Assembly: GCF_000181795.1 (NCBI RefSeq)
Contig: NW_003526945.1
Coordinates: 1,426,796-1,490,795, forward strand
DNA from: Trichinella spiralis
Taxonomy: Eukaryota
Length of the DNA: 64,000 nucleotides
Direction: 5' to 3'
The notes under the pieces were generated by a model. The model was given only the letters and a program-made list of their open reading frames with translations. It was not told the origin of the DNA and searched no databases. The position numbers were made by a program, and so were the translations under genes. This document shows positions 1-14,543 of the stretch, piece after piece. Position 1 is the first letter of the stretch. Every line of letters starts with the position of its first letter.

Positions 1-2235
1 TACTAAGCCTGGCCGATTTAAATTTTGGGTGATTTGCAATTCGAGAACGTTTCGCTTACGATTGAAAACGTAACTGACTGAAAATTCAGCATGACCACCT
101 TGGTGAACCCACTGGTCAAAAAAGGTACCTAAATCCATGCCACAAACATTTGAAACACAACGCGTAAATGAATCAAATGTTAAACACATGTTCATCCATG
201 CAGAAGGTTTCAAAGCCTCTTTCGAAGCAAGCATTGCCACGGACAACAATTTATTGAGAACCTAAAATCAAATAAAAATATATACATTATTTTTTCGTTC
301 TCTTACTTAATACATACAACAATAACTGTCATAGAATAAAGATATACAGTAACAGAATACAGTTATAAAATATACTAATGACGATTGATACCTGATAAAA
401 GAGTTCTTTGGTAATCTTGAATTCAAGTAGCCGAAATATTAAAACTGCTTTTTTCATAAGAATATCTGCATGCACTGGATTGTTAAAAAACGGAGAACTC
501 GAATCCGATATTCTGTCTTCATTTGATTCATCACGTGGCAGTAGCACTATACCTCCGTGCTTCTTTTCATAATCGATAACTTCGTCTAATAGCTTTGAAA
601 TTTGGTACATATATTCATTTTGTCCAAATGTTCGCTGAACATACATTTTGCTCAAATACAGTGCCAAACCCTCAGCAAACCAACGTTCCTGCCAGTTTCC
701 CTGTACCACAAAACAACCTTCAAAGAATGAAATGAAATTAAGCATAAAATATAAAACAAAAACTGAAATTCAACTTACCATAAAATTGTTGCGCAACACA
801 CACGGCAATCATTTCCCTGGTAATTGCTTGTTGATCAATCACTTTCTCATTAAACAAAAACGATGCATCAACTAATGCCAGTGTAGAATAAGATACACTA
901 TCCAGTGGAAGATCATGAACAAAAACCATCTTGAAAGATGAATGTGGATATCGCAAAGACAAAAGCTCTTCGTAAAATTCGAATACTCTGTTCAAATGCT
1001 CCATTGTACATTTTAAATCTGGAAGATAGTTTTTCAAACAAAAACACGACAACTCATTCATTTCAGGATGTACATATAGGTCTAGATTTCCAACAGCAAA
1101 ACCAATATTACATGCAGGTGTTGGCGAATTCATCAAATACAAGTAGGTTTTCTGTGTTAAACTATCATTTATGGATACATCCTGAATTTGAAAAAAAAAT
1201 AACAGTTAAACGAAATCATATACAAACGTTTCACTGTTTCCCAGTTGTACCTGCAAATTTCCCGAACAAACGGCAGTTAAATTCAAATCACAGGTAACAC
1301 TTAAACGCCAAAGACATAATTTTGACGGAGAATCAAAGCAAGGAAACCACGCTCGTGATTCGTAATTGGAATGTTTCCAACTGTACACATGACTATAATT
1401 TTTCCAAACTTTATTTTTATCCACGTTGTGAATAAATCGTACACCATAAGTTGGCTTTTCAACAATGAAATCAATGTGCACTCGAATACTTTTCATTGAA
1501 TCCACCTTGTGCCAAATTTCAGGCGGAATTCTCACTAAATACTTTCAACAACGTACATTCAACGATAAAAATCAAATTATATACTTCACTAAATGTTAAT
1601 GATTAGAACTGCAATTAATTTGCAAATTTTCTCAATTACAAAAGCAACTAACTGATATTTACCTTTCAATTCAGCAACACCAGTATCTGGATCCATTTTT
1701 TCTGCTAATTCAGATAACCCTTTAACGAGAGTTTCATTCGGCATTTCATCAAAATCACGATTCATAGTTTCAATAAAATTTTTGTGCTCAAAATAAGCGT
1801 TCGATCCTTTATTGAAATAAATCCGTTTTATTTTACACTGATTGGAACAATTCAAACAGATGACACGCTGTTTAGGAGCATTTGGAAAAACCATAATTTC
1901 AGTGAAGCATTCCAAAACGTGATTGACAAAATCTATCTTCGAAATGCATAAGACCTGTTCTACTGGCTTAAACAAGCCAACATTTGATAACGAATGATTG
2001 TTCACAGCTAAATAAATAAAATAAAAAAATAAATAATACATTAAAATATTTTTAAACAATCTATAAAAAATATTTTCATCCATAAATTAAAAAAAACAGC
2101 TGCATTGTTATCAATGTTTAAAATATTTTTAGAACTACAAAGCACTTAAAATACTAAAAAAAACATGTAGTTACCATCAGTAGAGTGGTTTATCGATGAT
2201 TTCTTGCTTGGTGGATTTTTTACAAGCACTTTCAT
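1..2235 (-). CDS. TAF2: TFIID subunit 2 (M1 aminopeptidase-like fold), multi-exon, runs off the window start
   Basis: Spliced exons give SRAWFPCFDSPSKLCLWRLSVTC, PTPACNIGFAVG, FEFYEELLSLRYPHSSFKMVFV, VAQQFYG, ERWFAEGLALYL, FGQNEY and FFDQWVHQGGHAEFSVSYVFNRKRNVLEL, all TAF2-typical. The first exon (ATG at 2235, MKVLVKNPP..., GGTAAC donor) joins the next exon in frame. Confidence 0.92.
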
Positions 2236-2875
2236 TTCAGAAAAAAACAATACTGCACAGAAAAAGTGGGCCAATTTTAAACTGTATGCTACAATAAGGG
2301 ATGGTCATTCATTGCAACAGTACAAAAGAAAATCATGTTTGAATGCGCAACAAAGAATATCTATGGCACAATCCATTGAGAAAAGTAGACATAAATTAAT
2401 TCATTAAACTTAAAAAATAAAATTGAAAGAATATTTATTGTTCATGCTTCGTTCACCATTTTACGTAGCATTGCCGTAAATAAAATAATGCACTGTAAAC
2501 AGTGTTTGAAAAAAAATTAAGTCAAGGTAGTTGTTTTTTTTTTTGAAAGTTAATTAAAAATATATAATCAATTACCAAAATCAATCATTTTAAGGATTTT
2601 TTCATATCCGCCTACATTGAGAGTTAAAATTAAGCTTCCATTTTACCATTGAACCTATATTTAAAAAGTTCATTGTGAAAAGATGTCATTATGCTCGTGT
2701 AATCTGCTTAAACAATAATTCAAAATGCAAACGTTTATTTGTGCACAAATGAACATGCAAAAAGGACAGTTTTTGCACCAGTGTATGCATGTTATACAAG
2801 TTAAAAGAAAACCATTCCAAATTTGCCACGTAGAACGCAAGTATATACGATTAACTGAAAGAGGAATAAATAATT

Positions 2876-3504
2876 TTAAACGGCTTTAGCTCGCCAGCTG
2901 TCTTTTATCTTTTCCCATTGACGAATGACTTCTTTCTTACGTTGTTCTCTTTTTGCAAAGTAGTGTGGATATTGGTCTCGTTCCGGATGCTCCCAGTCGA
3001 CGTCAACAATCTAAAATAAAATCGAAAGTACATTATTTAAAAATAACACACACTTACAGAATCTGGAGGAGGCTCTTCACGGTTGTAAGCGCATCCGTAC
3101 GGATCGTACGTATCTAAATGAATAAATATGAACACAAGAGTCGAGCAAAAAATATTTAATTTACATGTAAATGGAGATGGGTGACGTTTTGTCCACAACT
3201 CTTTCAAACCATCCAACAACAACTGCTGCTTTTTAACAGGATCCTTTTCACCTTTGTAGAAATCGAAACGTGCGCGCAACATCACCTTCTGGTAACGACA
3301 TTCTAATCTAAAAAAATCAACACAGTTTATCATCATTTGGAAACTTGAAAATTAAAAAAAAAAGAAATCAATTTCAACGAAGACTTCATCTCACACATCA
3401 GGAAGAAACCAGCTATCGCACAATCTCAATGCTGCTTTGTACAGACGACAAACTTTTTGACGATGCGATAATGCTTTGCTAAAATACCAGAGTGGGGTTT
3501 CCAT
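2876..3504 (-). CDS. NDUFB9: NADH dehydrogenase 1 beta subcomplex subunit 9 (LYR family), 4 exons
   Basis: METPLWYFSKALSHRQKVCRLYKAALR...LRARFD...LLLDGLKELWTKRHPSP...PYGCAYNR...DWEHPERDQYPHYFAKREQRKKE*, which carries the LYK/LYR motif and the YPxYFAKREQ signature. Confidence 0.93.
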
Positions 3505-4024
3505 ATTCAAATTTTAGCAAAACAGCTGAATTTCTTGCACAAAAAATTACAGTAACAAACATTCAAGTATAATTAGAGAATACTGTATCATAAATGAAAT
3601 TTTTTAAATCGTTCTTTTTTCACAATTAACAATGAAAAATTAATTTCATTTTTTAAGAATAAAACTGAAATGAACTGTAAAGATAAATTCCACGTTATAA
3701 TTGAATGACAATTATTCACGATACTAGTAATTTTATAATTACAAATATTTACATTTGTGTACATTATGAAATAGATAAAATTTTTCTTATAACTTTGGTT
3801 CATTCCAGTCTGCAAATTTCACATAATAATAGTTTTATTATGTAAAGGTAAAAAATATTTGCAAATAAAAGAACAAAACAAAAATCTTTAGATGACAGCT
3901 AAAGTTGTTAAAAAGTGCAGCAATTGAAATGACATAACAAAGTTGCGAATTGTGAATTATTAAAACATAAATAGAACATTACAAAGCAACATGTAAATGT
4001 GAAACAAATTTGATTAAATGCAAT

Positions 4025-4294
4025 TTACAATGACGAAGAAAAGCAGATTTTTGCATTCGAAGAAATGCACTCTGTACGGAAGATGTCTTTTAAATTGCTA
4101 CAATAAACGTAATAGCCATCGACGTCGAAACAAAACGAACGAACCACATAGCAAGAACAATCGTCGTCATTGCACGGACACATGACAGCAACATGATCAC
4201 AATGCTTAAAACAGTAATCATTATCATCGGCTGAATTATTCCAATGGATTATCGGTTGATCAAAATTTTTCACAGTCGTATCTTCCAGTTTCAT
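4025..4294 (-). CDS. Possible Cys-rich exon or small ORF of unknown function
   Basis: 89-aa ORF with 9 Cys, immediately preceded by a TTTTTATAG acceptor. No recognisable family. Confidence 0.3.
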   Translation of the reverse strand: MKLEDTTVKNFDQPIIHWNNSADDNDYCFKHCDHVAVMCPCNDDDCSCYVVRSFCFDVDGYYVYCSNLKDIFRTECISSNAKICFSSSL

Positions 4295-7083
4295 TCTAAT
4301 CAGCTATAAAAATTGCAAATATTACATAAATATTTATTTCCAATATATGCAAACACTTTTTTACTGTTTTAATTAAATAAAAGGTTCGTTTCAAGAACAA
4401 ATTTTCAACCTGAAGTACTATGAGACAAATATTGCTATGAGAGAATCTATTCTTTTAATTAGCAATTGAAACAAATTTCCAAATGCAATAACAGCTTAAT
4501 TTCGTTGTGAAATTTATTTCGCTTATTCATATTTACCATGAACAATATATTAAATAAAAATGAAACTATAAACCGAATCTTACTTATGTATTTTTTTCAA
4601 AAATTGGTTGACTGTCATCTACCTACTTCGTTTCTTAATTGTTCTCGGTTATGATAAAAATTAAAGATATGGCACATCCGACAAAAAATAGGCCAATTGT
4701 ACAAACAACGAATATTTGTAAAACGGTTTTCAAAGAAGATCGAGAAACAACAGCATCACATTCCCTATAATTGTGTGAAAAGTTTGGAAAATCTTCATTT
4801 TCTATCTAAAAAGGGATATCATTAAAACAGCAATACAAGCAACAATATTTTTAATGTTTTAACAAGTATAATAATAAGAATAAAGCAAACTCCCTCGATG
4901 AATGAAGTGTGCGGCTGAAAAGCCCAGTCAATGTAATCTTGCATGCCTGTCTGACTAGCTGGAACATTATTTTTCAAAGAAGTTAAAACAGTCATATTTT
5001 GAGCTATGAGGTATATTTGAGGTAAAAAAAGATTTTGTACACTTTATCAGTACCAAATAGATTACACTAATTAATACAAAACGGAATTTGCTGATCATTA
5101 ACTATATTCGACCCAGTTTTAGCCAATTTGCCTCGTTTGCATGCAATTGAACCGAATATCCCGCATGACCTTTAAGCATGCAAGGTCTGACCAAGAGAAC
5201 AAAGAATTCTGTTGTATTCCTTTAGCTGAGGTCATTTTACTGGATGAGTATTTCGTTGTTACAGTATTATCATCAGAAAGAAATGAGATTTCATTCTAAC
5301 AGCAAAAAACGATCAAATAACTACTTCTATTGCATGCGTTGCTTTTTCTGTTTTTAAAATTATCGATAAAATTTAATTAAAAAAAACACGAAACAATCAT
5401 AAAGTATTTGTCTTCTGTTATTTCAATTTTAATAAGGTAAGAATGATGTTCACTAAAAAGTCAATTAATAAAAGCAGAAACTCTGGAAAGCACGAACACA
5501 TATTTCAGCTATTACAAGATACCAGTAACTTTTATTATTATTATTATTATTATTGATAACTTGTTCATTGTGCTCTTTTGATTAAGAACATTTCCATTAA
5601 ATGCTATTTATCATTTATAATTTTTTCTTTATACATTATTTTCACAAGTTGTACCTGGTATGCATGAGACAGATTAATATCACTTATAAAATACTATAAT
5701 AACAATTATTATTATCATATATGGGTGGATGGATGGATGTAGAATGTAGAAAATCCATTTGGTGACCAAAGTTTGCCAGCTTGGCAAGGAAAAGTGAAAC
5801 GGTTGTTTTAAGTTAGTTGAATGCAATTGTTCTAGTTTTGTTTACACACCAGTTTGTGTCTGGCTTTTGGCAAACAGAAAGCGGTGCTGAAGTCTGTCGC
5901 AGCAGTAATCACCAACGGCGCTGCAGCACTGAAACGCTTCAGCCTGAAGGTTCTCTTTTCTCTGGCCCTCTCAATCTGTTCCCATCAGGCGCGCCTGCTT
6001 GTTCCATCATCGAAGCATCCCTTTCCAAATGCCTTTGCCAATTTATTATTCATTTCATATTTCATCTTCAAGAATATGACAATTTCATTTCATTATTTAT
6101 TTGTTTACTTATTTATATTTCTGCTTGTATTCCATGGTTGTTGTTCATGTTAATTTTTTATTATTGCACAATTTACTTCATGCAATATTCGTCATATTTT
6201 CAAATTGTTTGATTTTCCGAAATTGATTACAATTAATTCTTCTAATTATGTTTTAAGATAACGTTCTGAAATTCTGTCCCAGCACAGCCACTTTTGTACA
6301 GCCAGCAAGCAGCACAGTTCAAATTAAAGAAAACTAGGTAACATTGTTTTTTCAAAAAAAAGTATCTGTTGAATTACTAATTTTCCTAATGAAAGCATGT
6401 ATTTAAATTTCCACAATTACAACCATCATTATGGAGATGAACAAGATTTTAAATTCAAATTCAAAGTCAAGAATATTAAAAACTAGGTAAAGCGAAATAA
6501 TTTTTCCTTCTCAACTGCGTCGATGCTTTATTCGACGCAAATACACACATCCTGACACAGCTGTTTTGAAAACAACATTCATGCAAGAGTAAGGTTGAAA
6601 AAGGAAACTTTATAATTTTTGATGAAAAAAATCTGCCCTATCAATCTGCTTGACATTTCAGCTGGGTAAATTCCACTGTTTGGAATTTTGAAATTTTTAT
6701 TGCCAAATTTTGCAAACAGGAAGCATTTTCTCCTCAACAATTATTGCTGAAAAAATTTTTTTCACGCATTCATATATTATATATTTTACCACTGAGCTCT
6801 CAGTTTAACTCTGTGAAAAAATTCTTTTCTTACATTTAACACTGAATGAAATATTTGATCTGTTGCTATCTTCAATCTTTCACGTGACATGCGTGCACTT
6901 GCGAGTTTGAAATGATTCAATAATAGAAGGGTCAATGCGCGTTTTCGCTTGATCATTTTACTCTGTTTATTTTTCAATTCTAATATTTCTCCCTGATAAG
7001 CATAATTACAAAGCATAATATGCATTAGCATTCTAAATTACACAATAATTTCTTTTCTTATTATCATATTTCAGCATACCGAT

Positions 7084-8211
7084 ATGGTTGCAAGAAGATT
7101 ACTGTTGTTGATCTTGATGGTGCAATATTTTGTTGTCGGTGATCATTTTGATTGTAACAAAGAACCTTACTTCTGCTTATGCAGTGACAGCATTGTTAAT
7201 TGTACAAATCGAGATTTCACAAGAACCGATATCTTTGCGCAATTACAAACTACTTACAGAACGTTGAACACTTTAATAGTGACTGGTAACAACTTTCGAG
7301 TACTGAATAATTATTTGTTTGGATCGAAAGTGGAAAATCCATCCCTGGATCATCTAGACTTATCCAACAATAGTATTGCTTTGATAGAGCCAGAAGCATT
7401 TCATGGAATTAGCAAATTGGAAACATTGCTGTTGAACGACAATCGCATTGTTGCGGATGGTCGTCACATACAAGAGAGAAGCTTCTTGGGAAATTTGAAT
7501 AATTTGCGCATTTTACAATTGAACAACCTATTCGTTCCCAGTTCAACTAGTGATAACCGTGTGCGCTGGCTCAGATCACAATTGAACAACACAGCTATGG
7601 AATTTATTGAATATTTGCATTTGGAAAGTAATAATTTGCAATTTTTACCAGCCGACTTTTTCTGCATCTTCCCAAATTTACAATTTTTATATTTGGCTAG
7701 AAATTCTCTGACACATTTTTTGCCAAATTATCAATGTATAAAAAATTTGAGAGAATTGGATTTGTCAGCAAACGCAATTGTAAGACTTGGATCTCCCTTC
7801 ACGCGCTTGATCGACAGCTTAGTTCGTCTTGAAATGCTTCTACTCGCCTCAAATCCATGGCAGTGCACATGCGATTTGTCCCATTTTATCGGTTGGTTAA
7901 AACGGAATGATAAATTAATAGTGAAAAAGAATATTACCTGTGCGACAGCATTTCCAGAAAAATTCGTCGGACATTCTTTACAAGACATATCGGAAAAACA
8001 GCTCGACTGTTCACCGGATGGCAACGAACACGTCTATGGAGTTTACATTGTTTGTGGTCTTACAGTAGTTGGCCTTTTTCTTCTTTTGATGTGCATTCTG
8101 TCGGCGAATAAGTTTTTTGTCTTCAAGAGGGTTTACAACGGCTCTACATACAGAATGAATGATTATCAACCGTTACAAAAAGAACCATCCGTTGAGCCGG
8201 TTATGGTATAA
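7084..8211 (+). CDS. Single-pass leucine-rich-repeat membrane protein, trophoblast glycoprotein (TPBG/5T4)-like; intronless CDS
   Basis: Signal peptide, LRRNT (C...CLCSDSIVNC), multiple LxxLxLxxN repeats, LRRCT (NPWQCTCDL...WL...C), a TM helix and a short tail with YQPL. A TTTCAG acceptor lies 9 nt upstream of the ATG. Confidence 0.85.
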   Translation: MVARRLLLLILMVQYFVVGDHFDCNKEPYFCLCSDSIVNCTNRDFTRTDIFAQLQTTYRTLNTLIVTGNNFRVLNNYLFGSKVENPSLDHLDLSNNSIALIEPEAFHGISKLETLLLNDNRIVADGRHIQERSFLGNLNNLRILQLNNLFVPSSTSDNRVRWLRSQLNNTAMEFIEYLHLESNNLQFLPADFFCIFPNLQFLYLARNSLTHFLPNYQCIKNLRELDLSANAIVRLGSPFTRLIDSLVRLEMLLLASNPWQCTCDLSHFIGWLKRNDKLIVKKNITCATAFPEKFVGHSLQDISEKQLDCSPDGNEHVYGVYIVCGLTVVGLFLLLMCILSANKFFVFKRVYNGSTYRMNDYQPLQKEPSVEPVMV

Positions 8212-10665
8212 AAAGTCACTCAGGAAACATTCTTCAGAATTAATTATTTACCTATTTAACACAATCTACTATTTTTATTGCCAAACTTGTACTGTGATAC
8301 ACTTATTGATATTTGTTTTGGCAAGGACGTCACATTTGTCACTTCATAACTCAATTGTAGACATTTTCCGTATACTTAACATTTTCATTTCATTTTAAAT
8401 ATTTAACTATAATAATTGTGTTCATATCTTTTCATAATTGCATTTTCGTTTGATGTACATTAAAATGCACTTATTATTTTTGTTGTTATCATTTATTAAA
8501 CAATCTTTCAGTACATATATCACAAAAATGAAACAAGATTGCTCTTCTTCAACACAGAAAAGTAGAATGGTTGTATCAACAACATCCAGATCATTTTTAT
8601 TCATTAAATACTTGTACAAAACGTTTTTTTACAAAATAAAATACTATATCAAATGTTACAGTATGAAACAAAAGATAATTACAGTATAATTAAATCAGGT
8701 TCTAATTTTTATCGCTTCTGTCTCCAGTCAACTGGTATTATTCGTCTTCATCAAATTTAATAAATCAATTGTTATTTTTTGAATAGGTATCTAAAATGCT
8801 GAATAATGATAACTGTCAATCTTGACTCAAATATTATAAATTATTCTATTCACTTTAGCATTATCACTCAAATTTCAATAAACTAACACAATGCATTTTC
8901 TATTTTAACTTAAAATCAGATAAATTTTACTAAAGTTGAATTTATAATTTATGAGGAAAAATATATTTGAATATTTTATTCCAGTTTTACTACACTATGT
9001 TGCCAAATAATGTCAGTCATTTAATTCTTTAAAAAAAAGTTTAAAAATTTTGCCACACCATAACTAATGCCGACTGCTGTAGGAAATAAGAAGCTATAAA
9101 CGTGAAAGGCGTGCAAAGAAAAGAAAGTCGTTAAGCATTGAACTAGCTGTGCTATCCAAGCTTTATACAACATTATCATTATTATCATCTATTGATTAGG
9201 CCTAGGAATTATAAATGCAAGAAACACACCCGAGGCAAGTACCCGAGTATTTTTACATTCTATATCAAATATTATCTATTTTCAATCTTAATTTTAATTC
9301 AGAATGCAGTTTGAAGAAATAAAGGACATAATACAAATAAAAGTAATGAGGAAAAGAACTTTAAAACCGCTAGTGCATTTTGCAGTTTCTTAATGTAATT
9401 AAGATATTTTTTCAGCATAATAATTCGATATTGTGTGCAAACGTTGCGTTATAAACTATTTGCTTTTCTTGATGCACAATTGTGCAATTTATAATACATA
9501 TTCCAAGTAGAAAATGATTTCAAATTCAGTGTCATCATGAATAACTGTAACTAAAATTGTTTATTTGATTTTAGTTTATTTTAAAATTTATCAACGTTTA
9601 TTTTACTACTGATCTTATTACGTTGATGGGAATCAATTGCCATGGTAACATGATCACACTGGCATTAAATAACACTTATAATCACAAATGGGTTATTTCA
9701 TTTATATTTTAAAATTACATTTCAAATAGCCAAAGCGGTGATTTTGCTTAGAATATTATTTCCGCGTCATTAAGCAAGCAAACATGTCCACTATTAACTT
9801 ATTTCTAGCATTTAAAAAAGATCATGTAATTTTAAGTAAAAATTCAATAATATTTACATCTGTAAAAAAGTCATCTGTAAACAGCTGTTTAAAATGTGAA
9901 TTTACAATAAAAGTTTAAATGCCTCAAATACTCACAAAGGGATGCTTGAAAGAATTTTCTAAAAACTTTTTCCATAAATAATTCTTACTATTCATATTTT
10001 TTGTCTAAAATGAAATACACTTGAGGTATGAAGCATTTATTAGCCTTAAAACGAAACAGAATAATTTGGTTTTCAGACGAATCGTTCATCGGACGACAAC
10101 TTTAAAAACTCAAAAAATAATATACATTGTATACCTGACCAAAACTGATGCAAGCTGTTGCTCGCAAGCGCCGTGATAATTGGAAAATGAACCAGTAACA
10201 AACAAGACGACCGAATGTAGCGCACAATAACAACAATAATTGAATAAAGTTAAAAATCTCGGCTAGCAGATGCCCTGATGATCATCGTGTCAAATGCAAC
10301 GAAGCTGCAACCAACATGCAGACATACGATGCAGTCCAGTCATGGATAGAGCTGTATGAAAATGGACACCGTAGAAAACCGAAACAATCGTCTCGACAAA
10401 ACTTATTGGAATCTGAATTCCATTTCCATTGCCATTGCCATGACATTATCTGTGAAGCCAGCCCAGCAGCATTTCATTATTTATCTATAAAATAAACAGT
10501 CATCAGTTAGCAAACATTGCATAAATTCAAAATTCCAAAGAAAAATGTCTGCATCTAGTGCAATGATATGATAAAAAAGAATTTTAACCAAATGCTTACA
10601 TAGAAAGTAGAAGTGAGCGCTGCACAAAAAAAGAAAACTTATAGAAATTACAGAAACAACAAAAT

Positions 10666-13600
10666 TCACATCGGCAGTTTGAGATCGGCAGGTAAGTTTG
10701 CGCTTGTGCAACAGTCAGCAGCATTCGAGCAGGTAAATATGCTTGAAGCAGAAGACTGACGAACATGATGAGTTCTGAAACTTCGTCTCCTGGCCAGGTC
10801 GGATCGATTTCGAGAATTTCGACGTGCCAATAAAGCTTTATTCATCGCAGCATCAATAGAACGAGAACAAAATCCTCCATTTATTTTTTCACCAGTAGTA
10901 ATTATTGGAGACAAAAACCTATTTCAACGTTTATAATATTCAAAATAGGAACAATCAGATATTCAATTATAAAAAACATCATAAAAGTATTCAAAATCAT
11001 ACAACAAAACTTTACGTAAATAGGAGAAAAAAATCCTTACCATTCTGATCTTGTTTGCATGCGCAAAGTTTGACGTTCATGAACCCACTCCAAATAGCTC
11101 GGAGATTTCGCCACGGCTGCTAACTGATTCAGCTCTTTGAGTTCATCCAAGGAAACAGCATTACACTAAAGTGAAAAGGCGAAACAAAATTTTTAACCAA
11201 ACATACAATTCGACAGTTGATTAAGAATAATTTTGAATTAATTTAATATAAGTTACCGCTAAATTTAAAGAACGAAGGCAATCGTAATCATGGGACGATT
11301 CCACAGAATGGCTGGTTGTCGCTACATCAGGTTGACTGTACGCACCTGAAAAATCATGGTTTAAGCAATGAATGATTTTTCAAAAACCAAAATTGACAAT
11401 ATTCCTTGCTTGCCCACAATGTCAAGATTATGTGTTTGCTCATTGAACACTAACAATTACATTTAAATGCTTCGTAATCAAAAAGTCGGAAGTTAGCTCA
11501 GATCAAGTTCGTGTAGTTGCGTGCAGCAATTTGGAAAAGGACAAAGTAGATATTATTTCAAATCAACTTCAGTAATAGAATTTGTAAGACAACGTAAACT
11601 AACGATTAAATAATTTCCAATCTAATTTTTAAAACTTATCACGTGAATCAATCATCATTGATAATCAGATAATATAAAATGAAAAATAATTTCCCAAAAT
11701 ATTCATCTCATCACAAAGAAACATTTGCATATTTGAAATGTTCACAAATAAAAAAGCTTTGAGTTGCCAATAATAGACATGTTTTTTACTCATTTCAACT
11801 ATACTTAATTTCTCATCGGATGATTCTTAAAATTACCTCTTCAGTCTGTACGTGTATTGCAAATTAAGTGCATATGCATCAATCAATAGAAAAGCTAAAA
11901 CGACTTTAAACGACAAAATATGAAGCTTATTATGCAATAATTTATCTTGTCATGTTTCAAATTGTCGATTGCTAATTATGGAGAATATTAGAAATTCAAA
12001 GTAGCGAATTCAAGTAAAAAAAATTGTTCATTTGTGCTTGTTCATTGAGCTAAGTTTCCAAATCAATTATTGTCCACACATGCTTTAATTTATGCGTACT
12101 ATGTGGTGTGTTCAAGTGTAGACAGGGTAGGGTTAATTTAGCGGATGCGGCGTATGTGTAATATTTTCAATAAGTTGAACAAAGAATACGAGTAATAAGC
12201 ACTGGCAGAACGATTATCATAATTCACTCTGGCAAAATGTGAATTGAATATTGATCCGTTGAACATTCACCGTGTCGACCGAAGCGTGCGATTGAGCGAG
12301 GATGTTTATGAGCAAAGTCGTCCCTTCAGCCGATTCAAAAACTGTCCTGCCAACATATTCAACTAATCAACCACTCCACAACAGATGATAAGTGGACAAA
12401 GCCCTTCAATTTACAGTTGAAGTCACTTTGAAATCTTCATGTCAAATAAAAGTTGAATATAACCAACTGAACAACATAACAAATACGCACAATCCCCGAA
12501 CAAGCTTATTTCCAGGTAACGGATGAAGATAATGAAAAGCTGACCAATATCGATCTCCATTTATTTCTGCTCTGCCTAGATGCTGCCGATGCTTTGCGGG
12601 CACTTCAATTATTAACAGCTGCCCCAAAATAATCAAAATGTGACGTTCAGTGGAGGATTTCTTCCAGCCAGCAACTTCCAGCTAACAAGCGCTTTGTCAA
12701 ATCATGATTCACTTTCAGCTCTAAACGGCGGATATATTGACTTTTCACGAAGGCAACTTCCAATTTGATCACACATGATCTCCATGGCCAGAGGTCAGCT
12801 TTCCTGAAGCTTCCCATGGGAAGCTAGCAGATGATAGCATCCTTGCTTTCGATGTAATTGGAAACTAACCAAAAAATATTAATTAACCAAGCAGTTCAAT
12901 TTTCCTTTTTCAAATTACAAAAATATAAATAAACAAACATTCCTCTAATACAAAAAGGAACTTTATTAAAAGTGCATGCTTTAATAAAAAGGGGCAAAAG
13001 CTGCCATTGGAATTCAACTGAAAATTATTCAAGAATTAAAATATGAACAACAACTATTATTACAATTAACACAGACTAAACTATAAATTGAATTAAATCA
13101 AAATTTTATCATAGAAGTCATAATTTTTTTACATTACACTTTCACTGAATAATTATTTTAAAATTGTACATGTAAAATGTAAAAAAACTGTGTAAAAAAG
13201 CAATCATACGTAAGAATTAAAATTCCGATATCCAAAATTTAGCCTCCCAATGAGTGAAAAAGCATTTATGCCAATTGCTAGTCTATGAAAAAGCAGGCAT
13301 CAATTAGGTGAAGAAAAAGGAAAAGACCAAATCAACAATGAATTGGAAATAAATGCTTTACGGAAGCTAAACAATCAGATTCGTTAAAGCTGCCTTTGGA
13401 GCTGCTTTATTCAGAATCACATCAACTTGCTTTTCCTTTTCAAATATCAAAAATTGACATGCAATTTTTGAGTGTTCATAAATGTAAAATAAAATTTGTC
13501 AAAGTTGAATAGAAGTTGACTATAAATAATATGCTGAAACAAACAAAATGGAAAAATTGAAATTCAACTAAATTCTATCCGCTTTGGAAGTGAGATTCAA

Positions 13601-14493
13601 TTACAAATTGATGATATTGAAATGTTTTTCACAAATTTCATCTGCAAACAAACGGACTAACTAATAAAATGCGGTGCTTGGATTTTTATTCAACAATGGA
13701 AGAAAATAGTGCTTTACAAACGTGTTCTGAATTCAAATTTGCCATATATTATTAGCTGAACAACTTGAAGTTTAAAATTTTACAAACAAGCTAAACTCAG
13801 TTATTCAAACTAGCATAGTGCAAATAATGAGCAGTATGCTGATTGAAATGTCAAATCAGTTCGATCTGATCAGTTGAAAACGTTTTTGCTCAGTAATGAT
13901 GTATAGGGGGAAAAAGAGAAATAATTACTTCTTTTCTATTGCACATTAATGAGCATTCATTAAAGTGAATTTTATTCAGAGCAGCAAGAATATTTTTTAA
14001 AGTTTATATATAAAAATCAAAGAAATTCAAAGCACGTTTCAAGTTGGCGGGATCTGAGTTAGTTGCTAATAACGTCACAACAGGAAAAATGATAAAAATT
14101 GCTTTTCAAAAAAGAAAACAAACAACACGATTAAGAAGAAGAAGAAGAAGCAAAAGTCAGTTGAAAATTTACTTCAGCTTCAAAAATGAAATCAGTCATT
14201 TTTGTAAATCGAATCAACAAGAAAAAATTTTAATACTGCAAAAGTGAATTGATTTAACCTCCCGAGAAGGACAATTCTGAAAATAGCTCGTCAACTCAAG
14301 GGCTTTGCACAGTTGATCACCCGAAGCTGAGACCGTTTGAAGCAGAAAATTGACGTTAAACGCTACCATGTCAAAACAATCTCATGAAAGCTAATATTAG
14401 AAGATAGAGGTATTTTGGAAAATTTGACATCCTACAAAAGGTTCAGTTGTGCAAAATTTTATACATAATTTTATTTGTACATGTATACAGTTA

Positions 14494-14543
<50 letters not shown>

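Noticed and set aside
5817..6212. Overlapping plus-strand ORFs of 131 and 99 aa
   Set aside because: Non-ATG starts, low-complexity AT-derived tails and no family motif.
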